A DNA stretch of 64,000 nucleotides from Gammaproteobacteria bacterium (GTDB taxonomy: Bacteria > Pseudomonadota > Gammaproteobacteria > Eutrophobiales > Eutrophobiaceae), in contig OZ220696.1 of NCBI GenBank assembly GCA_965116495.1, positions 3,456,001 through 3,520,000 on the forward strand. The letters run 5' to 3'. Each line of letters opens with the position of its first letter. Within the stretch, counting starts at the first letter, position 1. Of the stretch, positions 8,622-20,900 are shown piece after piece. The notes under the pieces are model-generated. The model was not told the DNA's origin. It made no database searches and saw only the letters and a list, made by a program, of their open reading frames with translations. The position numbers and the translations under genes were made by a program.

Positions 8622-9476
8622 TTATTGGACACCGGTAAAAAATGAAATAATCCGGCTATTTCTTTCCGGCCATACAGTATGCCTTCTTTCACCTTCACAA
8701 TAGACAGTCCTGACGCCGTTTTCGCATTCCAGGAATGAGGCGCAACCCGTTCCCAGTGTCCGGACATTATCAGAGCATTGGTTGCACTGTTTCCACCACT
8801 GCATGGTTTCGACACCGTATCCGGGAAATACCTTGTCATTTTTGCTGTGCATGACTAAAACCGGCAATGGCGCCGGGCAGGCAAAAGCTTTTAAATCCTC
8901 TCCGCGGAAGCCCGCGGCGCTGGGCGCAATAGCGGCCGGACTGAGCGGGGATTCCTCCAGCAACGCCAGCGCAGTGGAAATAGTTCCGCCGTTGGAATGG
9001 CCGGTCAGAAATACCCGGTCCAGGTCGATACACCACTGCGTTGCGACCAGTGCAGGTAGCGTGCCCAGTTCCAGGATCCATTCTTTTGCCAGCGGTCTGT
9101 TCAGGGCGGGTAGCTTGCGCGGACGGTTATCGGCGTAGACAACGATGAAGCCCTGGCGGGTGCCCTCAGTTGTAAGCCCGGTAAACCATTCCGTTCCGAG
9201 TCCGCTCCGGTCGCCGGGGGAAAAGACCATCATCAGCGGGTGCGCGATACGGTTGTCGTAATTCAATGGCGTACGGACAGAGTAACGGATACCGCGTTCA
9301 GTCAGCAGTTCATCTGTTTTACCGGTCGCCCCGGCCCTGGTGTCCGGGGCGCAGGCATGCGTTACTTCCTGCGGGTAGGATGTGTTCGACAACTCACTTT
9401 CCGGAAGCGCACAACCTGAAAGGAGAATGGCTGAGAGAAAAATACCGTTCCGAATTTTGCCAATGATACCGTTCAT
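8622..9476 (-). CDS. Exported PHB-depolymerase-like (LpqC/LpqP-type) esterase lipoprotein
   Basis: Lipobox LSGC; GHSNGG nucleophile elbow; PVLVMHSKND. Confidence 0.7.
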   Translation of the reverse strand: MNGIIGKIRNGIFLSAILLSGCALPESELSNTSYPQEVTHACAPDTRAGATGKTDELLTERGIRYSVRTPLNYDNRIAHPLMMVFSPGDRSGLGTEWFTGLTTEGTRQGFIVVYADNRPRKLPALNRPLAKEWILELGTLPALVATQWCIDLDRVFLTGHSNGGTISTALALLEESPLSPAAIAPSAAGFRGEDLKAFACPAPLPVLVMHSKNDKVFPGYGVETMQWWKQCNQCSDNVRTLGTGCASFLECENGVRTVYCEGERRHTVWPERNSRIISFFTGVQ

Positions 9477-9563
9477 CAACAGGTCCCCGCATTGCAAGGA
9501 TGACCAACGATATCGTAAACTATGCTATAAAACATAAGTACTGCGTCACTGCGAGAGATCAGC

Positions 9564-10340
9564 TTGATAACCTTAATCGCCATATTATTTCCGTTAATTT
9601 TATTGGTTATCATCTATCGTTTTTTTTGGTTGATTAGGGAGCCGTTGTTCAAGCTTGCGGAAATCGCCCGGATTGACGCAAGCCGCCTTGAGCACTATCA
9701 AAAGGATATCGGTTTCAAGTACAAAAGTATTTACCTGGTTGTCAGCATCATATCCGGAGTTGTTGTCGGGTTAATCCAGTATGGCCTGTTCAGTCTTTCC
9801 GTCAGTTTCCGGTCCGGATACCTGTTCGAATCCCGCATGTCGGATTCGCTCGGATATTCCCTGATGACCGGCCTGCTATTGGGGTTCCCCCTGGCAGTCA
9901 TTGTCTGCACCGTTTTTATGAGAATGCTGGGCAAGGAACGCTTTGCCGCCTTGCTGAACATGAAAGACGGTGGCATAGCCGTACAAAAGTGGTTCTCGTG
10001 GATTGGCAAAATCAGCATTTCAACCTGTATTTTTGTATTTGTACTGAACCTCATAGCGTACACTACCCATCTTGTCGTAACTGAGGACCAGATCAGCTAT
10101 CGGCGCTGGCGCAGTTTCCCGGCCACAAGTACCGGCATCGACCAGATTCATCACTTGCGCTCATTTTCAATCATTGACATAACCGACTCGGGAAGGATGG
10201 AACGGGAATTCCTGCAAATCGTATTCAAGGACGGGGAGGTACTGAATACCGTTTACCTGGTCAGCGCGGCCAGGACCCGGGAGTTGATTGCGGTTCTGAG
10301 AAGTGTCTACGGCTATGACCTGGAAATAAAGAAAGTGTGA
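9564..10340 (+). CDS. Hypothetical membrane protein
   Basis: 258-aa ORF with about 4 TM helices that fills the intergenic gap. Confidence 0.6.
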   Translation: MITLIAILFPLILLVIIYRFFWLIREPLFKLAEIARIDASRLEHYQKDIGFKYKSIYLVVSIISGVVVGLIQYGLFSLSVSFRSGYLFESRMSDSLGYSLMTGLLLGFPLAVIVCTVFMRMLGKERFAALLNMKDGGIAVQKWFSWIGKISISTCIFVFVLNLIAYTTHLVVTEDQISYRRWRSFPATSTGIDQIHHLRSFSIIDITDSGRMEREFLQIVFKDGEVLNTVYLVSAARTRELIAVLRSVYGYDLEIKKV

Positions 10341-10351
10341 TCACGGGCGTC

Positions 10352-10816
10352 TCACTCGCCGGGGTCTATACCCAGGCGATATTTGTACACCATCACCCCA
10401 CCATACCACCCGCCGATACAAAGACATATCAACCCTGCGCCTGAGATGAGGGCCGGCAGTAACACGGGCGATGCCAGAACCAGATTGTCGGCCAGCCGGG
10501 TATAACCGCTCACCAGGTAAAGGATCCATGCCGTACCGACGAAACCGGCATGTTTGTAAAATGCCAGCATCAACCTGTCTTCATCCGGAAGTTGCATAAA
10601 ATCGTAGACTCCGACGATCATTGCGGGTATGGCAAAAACAACCCCTGTCCATATCAGCAAGCTTGATACGGCCCACCAGTCCAGTCCAAAAAAAACAACC
10701 CCGGTACCAGTCAGCGCGGCCAGGTCCGCCGGATGGGACAGGCCCCAGCAGGCAATTGGGAAGTGAACCAGCGCCGGATGAAAAGGATGCCTCCCGGCGA
10801 CCTCTCTGTCCGGCAT
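10352..10816 (-). CDS. DUF2231-family membrane protein
   Basis: HPFHPALVHFPIA N-terminal motif; GGWYGGVMVY C-terminus. Confidence 0.8.
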   Translation of the reverse strand: MPDREVAGRHPFHPALVHFPIACWGLSHPADLAALTGTGVVFFGLDWWAVSSLLIWTGVVFAIPAMIVGVYDFMQLPDEDRLMLAFYKHAGFVGTAWILYLVSGYTRLADNLVLASPVLLPALISGAGLICLCIGGWYGGVMVYKYRLGIDPGE

Positions 10817-10834
10817 TGAAATCCTGGCCGACGT

Positions 10835-11182
10835 CTAAGACGGACCTGAAAAGAGGGCGATCAGCAGGAGAAGAACTCCGCCTACTCCCGCCATGGCATG
10901 GACAACGACTGCAGGTCTCGGCGCCAGGTCCTTGTCCAGGTGGATGGATGCCAGGTAAAACCCGCCTACGGCTGCGCCAAGCAGGACAATCAAGGCCGTC
11001 ATTAATACTCCCCCACCTATGGTCATGGTTGCAATGCCTGCCAATACCAGGCCGGTGGCGCCCAACAGCATGTGCAGAAGCGATAGCGCCCAGGGCGCCA
11101 TTTTGCCCTTGAAAATCATCAGCGCCATGATTAATCCGCCTACCGCGGCTACCAAGAAGATACCAATTGCATACTCAAGCAT
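10835..11182 (-). CDS. Small 4-TM membrane protein with two intramembrane His
   Basis: Highly hydrophobic; two-fold internal repeat (AAVGG...LLHMLLG / AAVGG...VVHAMAG). Confidence 0.65.
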   Translation of the reverse strand: MLEYAIGIFLVAAVGGLIMALMIFKGKMAPWALSLLHMLLGATGLVLAGIATMTIGGGVLMTALIVLLGAAVGGFYLASIHLDKDLAPRPAVVVHAMAGVGGVLLLLIALFSGPS

Positions 11183-11376
11183 TGCCTGCCCCCTTTGATT
11201 GAAGATGACTTTAAAATTAACCCCGCCATCTTACCAGATGTATGTCCACTGGTGAAATGGCAAAGCGATAGTACAAGTTATTGCCGAAATTTCCGTTTGT
11301 CAAGTTTATCTTTATCTTTGTTTACCATAATTCATCTTTATTTATCTGATTTTAGTTCAAACTGTTTTTCCAGGCA

Positions 11377-11943
11377 TTACTGGCCCGTAGCTTGGAATGA
11401 TTTTGGAGGTATAAAAAATACCTGTGCCAGCCAGGTTGTTCCAAATGCAAATGCCAGAACAATAAGCATATATCCGAGTTGCTGCTGCTCGCCTAACAGG
11501 TAGTTGTTACACAGGCGATCAGGTGAGACCAGGTAGATCCAGCCAAGCCTGAACAACATCGCCAGAAATTCAATTTTTACCACGCCCCTGGCTACCGGGT
11601 GCAGGACTTGCCAGCTCAGCGCCAATGGTATGCCGACTAGCAGGGGAAGAGACAAATATTTTATACATGCAGTGAATTCGTCGCTCAACGATGCGTCCAG
11701 CCACCTGGGTATCATCCAGAATGCAAGGGTAAAACAGGCTAACAGAATTGCCGGGATGCCGATCACGCTGAGCACCCCGGCCATGCGCGCTTTGAGCAGG
11801 CTGCCTGCAAAGATACCGATAGTAATGAGCAGCGGGATTTCAACCAATACGTGATTCAGCAAAGAGGTCTCAAGATATGGTCCTGCAGGGCCAACGGCAA
11901 TGAGCAGCCACAACGCAAATGCTGTTACGATACCCCTGTACAT
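11377..11943 (-). CDS. Membrane protein of the sNOR cluster (orf1; CtaG-like assembly factor)
   Basis: HVLVEIPLL, FWMIPRWLD and RLCNNYL...QQQLG patterns; follows the SCO gene. Confidence 0.65.
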   Translation of the reverse strand: MYRGIVTAFALWLLIAVGPAGPYLETSLLNHVLVEIPLLITIGIFAGSLLKARMAGVLSVIGIPAILLACFTLAFWMIPRWLDASLSDEFTACIKYLSLPLLVGIPLALSWQVLHPVARGVVKIEFLAMLFRLGWIYLVSPDRLCNNYLLGEQQQLGYMLIVLAFAFGTTWLAQVFFIPPKSFQATGQ

Positions 11944-11946
11944 GGT

Positions 11947-12555
11947 TCAGATGAGCGAAGTCAGGTGTTCCATTAATTCCGCGGTGTTGTCGATACCGTA
12001 AATACCAACCACCCGATGGTTCCTGACCAGGTATATCGCAGCATTGTGCACGTATCCCAGGTCCGGTTCCGGTAAAACAATGACACCGAGACTGTCAAGC
12101 AGTTCATCCAGGGATCGCTTATCGGCAACCCTGAGGGCGGACCAGTTGCCGGGTTCGGAAGAAAACCTTTTGAGGTAGGCGGATAATTCTTCGGGACCGT
12201 CATTTTCATGGTCGAAAGAGATGCTTAAAAACTGGATATCTTCAGCGTGTCCGCTTGATGCCAGCAGCGTTTGCAACCGGCTGAACCGGTAGCCCATCAC
12301 CATGCATGCGGTAGTGCAGCGGGAAAAGATAAAGTCTACTACCAGAACTGGTTTTTCAAAGTCGTGGAGGTTGGAAAATACACCTGTCTCACGTTGGACG
12401 TGAATATCCGGCAGGGGTGTCTGTTGGTCCATAACTGCGCGCCGGCGCGCAGACTCGGCTGTCCAGACAGTCCAGCCGTCTGTAGCCCAGCCGAGTGTCG
12501 CCAGGCCGCCTGTAGTAACGCTGAGGGTCAGTACCAGGCTTAGCCACGGTTTCAC
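11947..12555 (-). CDS. senC: SCO1/SenC copper chaperone
   Basis: DFIFSRCTTAC (CxxxC), SISFD..D and distal His (YVHN). Confidence 0.9.
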   Translation of the reverse strand: MKPWLSLVLTLSVTTGGLATLGWATDGWTVWTAESARRRAVMDQQTPLPDIHVQRETGVFSNLHDFEKPVLVVDFIFSRCTTACMVMGYRFSRLQTLLASSGHAEDIQFLSISFDHENDGPEELSAYLKRFSSEPGNWSALRVADKRSLDELLDSLGVIVLPEPDLGYVHNAAIYLVRNHRVVGIYGIDNTAELMEHLTSLI

Positions 12556-13991
12556 GCTGTGCGGGCGTTCCCCATGTGGGTGAGAAATCGTAAGGCGAAT
12601 ACCAGCGCAGACAAGGTGATGCCTGTTGCCAGCACCGAGGCCACTTCACTGTAACCCACCCATTCGGGCAGGTGGACCGCCCAGCGCCGCGCCACGCTGG
12701 CCTGGCCGCCGGCAAGAAAGTTCATGCAAAGACCGGTGCCGGCCACCAGGAATATCCAGAATGCCAGTTTGTCGAGCAGTTTTGGCGCGCCGTTCTGGGC
12801 GATGTAATACATGAAGCCGAACAGCATCGCCACCAGGCCGACAATCAGGTACATGTGGAAATGGCCGGGCACCCACAAGGTGTTGTGCATGACCTGGTTC
12901 GCCGCGATCGTCCCATCGATAACCGCGGGAACCACGCCTACCGCCCAACCGAAAACGGATATAAATAACAGCCCGGATACCATATCCCACTGCAGGTTTG
13001 ACCGATGTACAATTGCCAAAGTGTTATATGCGGTAACCAGCAGAATAGGCAGTCCGCTCAGGTAAGACAGCACCTGTCCCATCAGCAGCATCCAGGTCGG
13101 CATCGCGAAATCCATCAGAAGATGATGCGGGTAGACGAACATAACCATGAAGGTTGAAGCCGTCCAGGCCGCGAGGAATACCTTGTTCACTTTCCAGGGT
13201 CGTCCCGTGTATTCCGGCAGGATCTCGTAAACCGCGATAACGGCCTGGTAGATGGTGGCATTGATAAAGACGTGGCCGAAGAAAAAAATGAGATTTTTTG
13301 TCAGCAGCGCATTAACGGCAAATGCCGGATAAAACAGGTTCACGAGTATCATGGTCAGTACCACGGCGCCGCCCAGGATACCGGCAATATTGATAATTAC
13401 CACCATGGTTGACGCAACCACGCAGGCCGGTGGAAAGTCGGTGCTGTTGCCGAATAGCTGGGGCCAGCCGAGACCGCGCGCCAGGCTGCCGTATTTCGAG
13501 ATGATGGCGCGCCCTGCGTCCAGGTAGAGCAGCAAAAAGCCGACACCTATCAGGAGGAGTCCGATAAGGAAGGACGCCGCGCCGCTTGTACCCCAGACAC
13601 CCATCCCATGGGAAGGCAATGGAAACAGGAATGTCCAGGCGCCACCATATCCTCCCAGGAATATTCCTCCCAGTATCAACACAACGCCGAGCAGGAAGAA
13701 AACCAGGTTAGCCCACAGTATTCCGGTAGTGAGGTTGACGTGCCGGCGCAGGAAATACCACAAGACGGCACTGGCAGCGAGGCCGGAAATGCCGACCATA
13801 CCGGCGCCGTGCGCGGTCATGACCTGGTAAAAAATATGTGGCGGAATACCCAGCCATTGTGCCTGGCCCACGTGCATGAGCAGTCCCAGCAGCATCATTA
13901 ATACGTAAACAAGCGCACCGACCCCGAGATAAGTAATAATGGCGTAGCGTGCAGATTTATTCAGAGGTGGTATTGAAGATTCATTTGCCAT
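12552..13991 (-). CDS. norY: Heme-copper oxidase subunit I, sNOR-type nitric oxide reductase candidate
   Basis: All six His ligands present (TAHG, FGH, PHH, GHFH), but the helix VI motif reads FFFGHVFIN, with Asn where O2 reductases have Tyr. Confidence 0.8.
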   Translation of the reverse strand: MANESSIPPLNKSARYAIITYLGVGALVYVLMMLLGLLMHVGQAQWLGIPPHIFYQVMTAHGAGMVGISGLAASAVLWYFLRRHVNLTTGILWANLVFFLLGVVLILGGIFLGGYGGAWTFLFPLPSHGMGVWGTSGAASFLIGLLLIGVGFLLLYLDAGRAIISKYGSLARGLGWPQLFGNSTDFPPACVVASTMVVIINIAGILGGAVVLTMILVNLFYPAFAVNALLTKNLIFFFGHVFINATIYQAVIAVYEILPEYTGRPWKVNKVFLAAWTASTFMVMFVYPHHLLMDFAMPTWMLLMGQVLSYLSGLPILLVTAYNTLAIVHRSNLQWDMVSGLLFISVFGWAVGVVPAVIDGTIAANQVMHNTLWVPGHFHMYLIVGLVAMLFGFMYYIAQNGAPKLLDKLAFWIFLVAGTGLCMNFLAGGQASVARRWAVHLPEWVGYSEVASVLATGITLSALVFALRFLTHMGNARTA

Positions 13992-14016
13992 GACATAACT
14001 CCTAAATCAGGGTTCA

Positions 14017-14568
14017 TCACTTGACGTTAAATGGAATGATCATCGCGTGATGGGACAGACCGCAATATTCCATACACATTAACCGGTACTGGCCCGGTTC
14101 GCTGAACGTGAATTTCAGTTTGTTCTCATACCCCGGCATTGCCTGGGTCTGGGCCAGTAAACGCAGTTCGCCGTCGTAGATACCCATCCCGTGGTTGACG
14201 TCTTCAGTCGTGACATTGAATATGACGGTAGTACCGGCTTCCACCTCATTTTGACTCAGTTCCCAGAACCATTGTTTGCCTACCGCGTCAATTTCGACGG
14301 CGCCGACAACAACCTCACCGCGCGTCGCCGCGTACGGTAGTACCTGGGTCGTAGCAATGAAGATGATTACCCCGGCTGCGAGCATCAGCCAGAACAACTT
14401 CGCCCTGAAACTCAAGGCGCGGGCCTGCGCCTCTTCGTATTCCGGGATTGTTTTTGACGAGTTGACAGTGACGTAAATAAAGGCAGCCGCAACAACGGCC
14501 ATGAGTGAGAGCGATACAAGCCAGACAGTCTCCTGGATCATCAGTATTCCCCTTTGGGTGATGGACAC
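14017..14568 (-). CDS. norS: Heme-copper oxidase subunit II with CuA site (start may be 14541)
   Basis: Two TM helices, GKQWFW, DVNHG and CMEYCGLSHHAM CuA motif. Confidence 0.85.
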   Translation of the reverse strand: MSITQRGILMIQETVWLVSLSLMAVVAAAFIYVTVNSSKTIPEYEEAQARALSFRAKLFWLMLAAGVIIFIATTQVLPYAATRGEVVVGAVEIDAVGKQWFWELSQNEVEAGTTVIFNVTTEDVNHGMGIYDGELRLLAQTQAMPGYENKLKFTFSEPGQYRLMCMEYCGLSHHAMIIPFNVK

Positions 14569-14634
14569 GACCTAATACATATATTTCACGTACATGATTT
14601 CACTTGAGTTAGCCACCTGTCAAGCTTCATCAGT

Positions 14635-16074
<1,440 letters not shown>

Positions 16075-16095
16075 AGTCATCCTCACTTGACTGGT

Positions 16096-16123
16096 GTCAT
16101 GCCGGCGCAAGCCGGTATCCAGT
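16096..16123. repeat. REP/RPE-like palindrome (GTCAT..CCGGCGCAAGCCGG.ATCCAG family)
   Basis: Related copies at 32543-32597, 60523-60560 and 63650-63674. Confidence 0.7.
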
Positions 16124-16135
16124 CAATACACATTT

Positions 16136-17845
16136 TCATACCCTGTTTTTATCATATTCAGGACGCAAGCCGGTGCCGTAGCGGCGCAGGGCGCCCGCAT
16201 CACTTACCGCGTTGGGCCGCTGGAATATCCAGTTCTGCCAGGCAGTCAGCCGGCCGAAAATCTTGGTCTCCATGGTTTCCGGTCCGGCAAAGCGCAAATT
16301 GGCTTCCATCCCCACCAGGGCATCGGGAGAAAAACTGGCCCGTTCTTCCAGCAGCATCCTGATCTCGTCCTCCCAGTCGATGTCATCGGGTGTAAACGTC
16401 ACCAGGCCCAGGTCCGAGGCTCGCGCCGCGTCAATATTTTGGCCGATAGATTGCCAGGCAGTCGCAACACTATCCGGTTCGCCGAGGAAACGGGTTTCCA
16501 GGCGGGTCAGGCCATTCGCCATCGGCAGCGGGCCGAAGTTGCTCTCTGTCAGGATGATGGCGGCAGGCGCCGTGTCATCGTCTTCAAACTGCCCGTCCAG
16601 CATGTAACTGCGGTCCACGGCGAACAGAAGTTCGGCCAGGAAGCCGGCGAAACAACTGCCGGGCTCAATAAAGGCAAAGCTGGTTCGTGACGTTACATCA
16701 AGCCGTTTCAGGGTGCGCTTCCAGTACAGGATGATTTCCCGTATCAGCCAGTTGTCCCTGTGGCGTTGCAGAAACCTGTCATAGTCCCTGACGGACCCGG
16801 CCGCGCCGGCGCTGGAGATAATGATGGTGCCGATGGCCGGTTCATTGAAACGCAGGTGCAACAGAGCATCGTCCAGTTCCCGGGCCAGGGCCAGGGGCCA
16901 GAACCGGTCTCCCATTGCGACCACGTCCGCCCTACTGTCCGGCACTCCTGCATCAGGGCCTTTGATTTGCAAGGTCACGCTGTTGTTTTTCCTGTCCATG
17001 GTCAGGCTCAGCCAGTCGTAACCGATGCTGTCTGCCTCAATTGTCCGTGTCAAAGGGGTCAATTGCACTCCCGTGGCTGCATCGGGGCGGTCCGACATCA
17101 GGCACATTTCCCGGGCCCGTTCTGCCACCCGGTCTGCAAACCGGGAGCCCGGCACGGTTTCATCCACCAGGCGCCAGTCGACCGCGCGTTGTCCTTTAAC
17201 GCCTTCCTCCACGGTACAGAACACGTCGGCCAGGTCCCGGCGCACCTTTCTTTTATCGACGATCCGGGTCAGGCCGCCGGTGCCGGGCAGCACGGCAAGC
17301 AAGGGGATTTCCGGCAGCGACACGGCGGCATTGCCGTCGTCGATGAGGATCAGGTAATCCATGGCCAGCGCCAGTTCATAGCCGCCACCGGCTGCGGTTC
17401 CGCTCAATGCGCACAGGTAGCGCTGGCCGGAGAATTCCCCGGCATCCTCAATGGCGTTCCGGGTCTCGTTGGTAAATTTACAGAAATTCACCTTGTGCCC
17501 GTGAGACGCCCCCGCCAGCATGCGGATATTGGCGCCGGCGCAGAACATGGTGGGCTTGGCGGAACTGACTACCACGGTTTTCACTTCCGGGTGTTCAAAG
17601 CGCAGCCGTTGCATAGCATCGTAAAGCTCTATATCGACACCGATATCGTAGGAATTCAGCTTGAGTTCATAACCGGAAAACACGCCGCCGTCTTCATCCA
17701 CGTCCATGTCCAGGCTGGCGATGGCGCCACTTGTCGACAGCTTCCAGTGGCGGTAATGATCGGGATGCGTTTGGAAATCCAATTGCAAGGAATCCGTTGC
17801 TATCGGCAGTTCTGACACATTATCAATTTTTCCCGAATCAGGCAT
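16136..17845 (-). CDS. boxC: 2,3-epoxybenzoyl-CoA dihydrolase (crotonase family)
   Basis: YELKLNSYDIGVDIEL, KVNFCKFTNETRN and IFGRLTAWQNWIFQRPNA motifs. Confidence 0.95.
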   Translation of the reverse strand: MPDSGKIDNVSELPIATDSLQLDFQTHPDHYRHWKLSTSGAIASLDMDVDEDGGVFSGYELKLNSYDIGVDIELYDAMQRLRFEHPEVKTVVVSSAKPTMFCAGANIRMLAGASHGHKVNFCKFTNETRNAIEDAGEFSGQRYLCALSGTAAGGGYELALAMDYLILIDDGNAAVSLPEIPLLAVLPGTGGLTRIVDKRKVRRDLADVFCTVEEGVKGQRAVDWRLVDETVPGSRFADRVAERAREMCLMSDRPDAATGVQLTPLTRTIEADSIGYDWLSLTMDRKNNSVTLQIKGPDAGVPDSRADVVAMGDRFWPLALARELDDALLHLRFNEPAIGTIIISSAGAAGSVRDYDRFLQRHRDNWLIREIILYWKRTLKRLDVTSRTSFAFIEPGSCFAGFLAELLFAVDRSYMLDGQFEDDDTAPAAIILTESNFGPLPMANGLTRLETRFLGEPDSVATAWQSIGQNIDAARASDLGLVTFTPDDIDWEDEIRMLLEERASFSPDALVGMEANLRFAGPETMETKIFGRLTAWQNWIFQRPNAVSDAGALRRYGTGLRPEYDKNRV

Positions 17846-17901
17846 GGTTGTTGTCAGTTGTAAGCAGCTTCATTATAAAGCAATCCGGGCTGAGTTTCTC
17901 T

Positions 17902-20900
17902 CTACTCATCTACGTCCAGGATGTCAAAGCGCCCATCTCTCAGAAGGTTTTCCCGCGCACGTTCCACTATTTTACGTACACTCTCATCTTCGCTACGCAG
18001 TCCTGCCACCAGGATGGGCTTGGCTTTTTCTGTTTGAATGTAGAGCCTGTTGCCCTGGTCAATGGCATCAGTTATTTTTGCAAAGCACTGCACGACTTTT
18101 GCGGTGTGGTTTTGCAGCATGTCGTTCAATGAATCGAGTACAATTGAGATACCCACGTCCTTTGCGTGGCCTATCTCAAGCGTTTTGGAATACGCGTCTA
18201 AGCGCCAATCAGGGGCCAGGCATTTCGCCTGCAACCAGAAGGTGAATTCAGCTAGTTCTTTCGGTTCTCTGGTTTCAAGTCGCCAGTTAAAGAAAGCGAT
18301 TATACGTTCTTCCAAGCCTTCATCGAGGTGTGTGCCGCTATTCCTCAACGAGCGTCCGACGTGGTCGAAGAGTCTGGCCCATCGTTCCTGGTCCCCTGTG
18401 GTTTTTTCATAGAATTTTTCCAGCAGGCTGTCATTACCTCTGAGTGGATAGATTTGCCACAGGTAATAGGTGAAAAGATGTTGGCCCAATCTATCAACCA
18501 GTTCCATACGCCGATTTTCGTTTGCTGCCAAATCGGGCAGACGGCCGAGGGAGAATACAAACTCCTGCTTCAGAATTTCAAAAGTCAGTTTGGACGGATG
18601 ATTGAAGCGCAAAAAGTTTCCAAACGCTTCCATCCATGCAGACAGATCTTTTTGAGGAAAAAAGTCTGCTTTGTGCTCGATTGCCCAGGTTTGATTCAAA
18701 ATTCGAAGGTTGCCGAAGTTCATGCCGAGCATTGCGCGCTCGGGCATGGCAAGAGGCCGCTTCGCAGCGGACTTCAAACGTGCTTCGAGGGTTGATGTCA
18801 CCTCAGGCACAGTGTCCTTACTATCGTGCTTGCGTATCCAAAAGCCGAATTTGAACAAGGTTTGCAAAGCGTTGCTCCGGGTATTGTTAATCGCTTCGGT
18901 AATTGGATCATCACGATTCAGGAAGACTGGCTGCTCGCGATCCAACCGCCTGTCAAATTGTGTGCATAGCAATCGGAGAAGCCTAGCCAGTGATTCTCGT
19001 GCAGAGATTGGAACCTTTATATCATCTTCCACACACGTCGCTACGAAATCCTGCACTGCCCGGCGTGAACTTCTCCAGTCCGGGTGTTCCCGCGATTCTT
19101 CGCTCGGCTCCGCACCCTCTTCATGCTCCGCATCGGGATGCGACAACACCCATTCGCAGAAACCGAACCATAGGTCGAGCTGTTCAAAACATTGCTCTTT
19201 CACGTGCCCCTGTATCGCTTGAATAATTGCTTTAACGTAGACCGGACGCTCTATTCGTTCACCGTTGTCCCTGTCCATCCAGAATGCCAGTCGTTCCCTA
19301 CCCTGGATTATTGAGTCTTTGAACACCGTTTGAAATGCGTCAGCTAATGCTCCGACGTTAATTTCGACCAGCCAGTTGTTTTCGTCGGTATGTTCATCTT
19401 GCCATTCGTTGATATATGCGAGCAGATCCTCATTGCCAAGTGTCGCCAGTTCTTCAGATGTGCGAGGACTACGATATGAGACTGTCCCGCCTGTTGACTC
19501 CCCGACGGGCGAATACTCTTCATCAGAAATGGGTTTTTCCTTGAATTCATTTTCGAGTTCATAAAAGTAGCTTTGATATTCTCCGGTCAGTAAGCGTGCA
19601 AAAGGGCGCAGTTGCATTCTGTGAAAATATTGCTGTCGTTGCCAGAATTTCTCGTCAGTGAATTGGTTCCCCATCCATTCGCGGAAATTATCTTTTGATG
19701 GGCCGGTGAGAATGGCGTCGAATATTGCCGTTCTTTCTTCCTCATTAAGCAAATCAGCGCCAAAATGTTCACAGGCCTTGCGAACCATTTGTTGAAACTC
19801 AAAGTGATGGTCCCATTTGGCATAGTCTCGATGTTCGAGGATGAACTCGCGAATCCAGGGTAATGTCTGCTCATTAGGATTCAGAGCATAGAGATGCTGT
19901 CGCAGCCGTTTGAAAACCTTCCAGCGCTGATTTCGTAATGTCTCGTCAAGGGGTTCAACTGATTCTGGTGATTTCTCGTAAACCTTCTCACAGGCGAAGG
20001 TGAGGGTGTGAATCAATGTTGCTTTAATATCTTCGTGGACCGGGTCAGTTTGATGCAGGCGTCGGCACCAGATTTCCGAGAGGTCTCCATCTCTTTCTTC
20101 ATCGAGATCTTCCTGGTGCGTACTTAATCGAAGCATACTCGCCGTGGCATTGATTAGGACCACGGCAACCTGATAAGCCGCCTTGTCTGTCAATGGCCGA
20201 ATGCCATTTTCTAATATTTGCTGGTAGTCCCATTGATCGAAACGAGGCAAGGGTTCAAGAGGTGTTGTCCAATCTTCCGAAGTTTCCGCTCGTCTATCCT
20301 GCTTTTCTTTGGTATTTGGGTCAGGAAGGAAGCCGACCAATTTGCTTAACAGCAATGGGGTGAACTCTGCCAGTGCCTTGTCGAATAGAAAAGGTTTCTT
20401 GAGCAGTTCGATTATCTTGTCGTATCTTCTCCAAATGGAATGGTCTATATAAGATAAAATTTTGGAAGACAATCTATTGACTGCTGCAACCGAATCGGCC
20501 TTCAGAACAACATCCATAATACTTTCTAAAATGTGTGAGTTATTCGTGAGAGGAAGCTTTTCCAACAATTCAAGAACGACATCGGGCTTGGCTTCGTACA
20601 TGCTAACAAGGTAATTTATTGGGCGCCAAAACGGTGTCCGATAGCTACCATCCTTTATTCTTTCTACGGGGGGAGGATTATCGAAATAGCCATTGGATAT
20701 CAAGAGTTCGAGCCAAATACCGTCTTTAGCATGGTCGAAGAAGTATTCATAGTTACTACCCCTGCTTCTTAGGAGGTTCAAGACACGGTCAATCTCAATT
20801 GGTGTGGGCTTGTTGCCGCGGCCAAGGATAGCCTTCAACTCCGTAAGGTCTTCGGTTGTAATTGGTTTGGTGGGGTCAATCTCCGGCAGTTCCAAATTCT

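Noticed and set aside
12552-14568. Annotation as an ordinary cytochrome c oxidase (ba3/caa3)
   Set aside because: The crosslinking Tyr of helix VI is replaced by Asn; gene order fits sNOR.
14604-14623. TTGAG...GTCAA upstream of norS as an FNR/DNR box
   Set aside because: The spacing is 10 nt rather than the 4 nt of TTGAT-N4-ATCAA.
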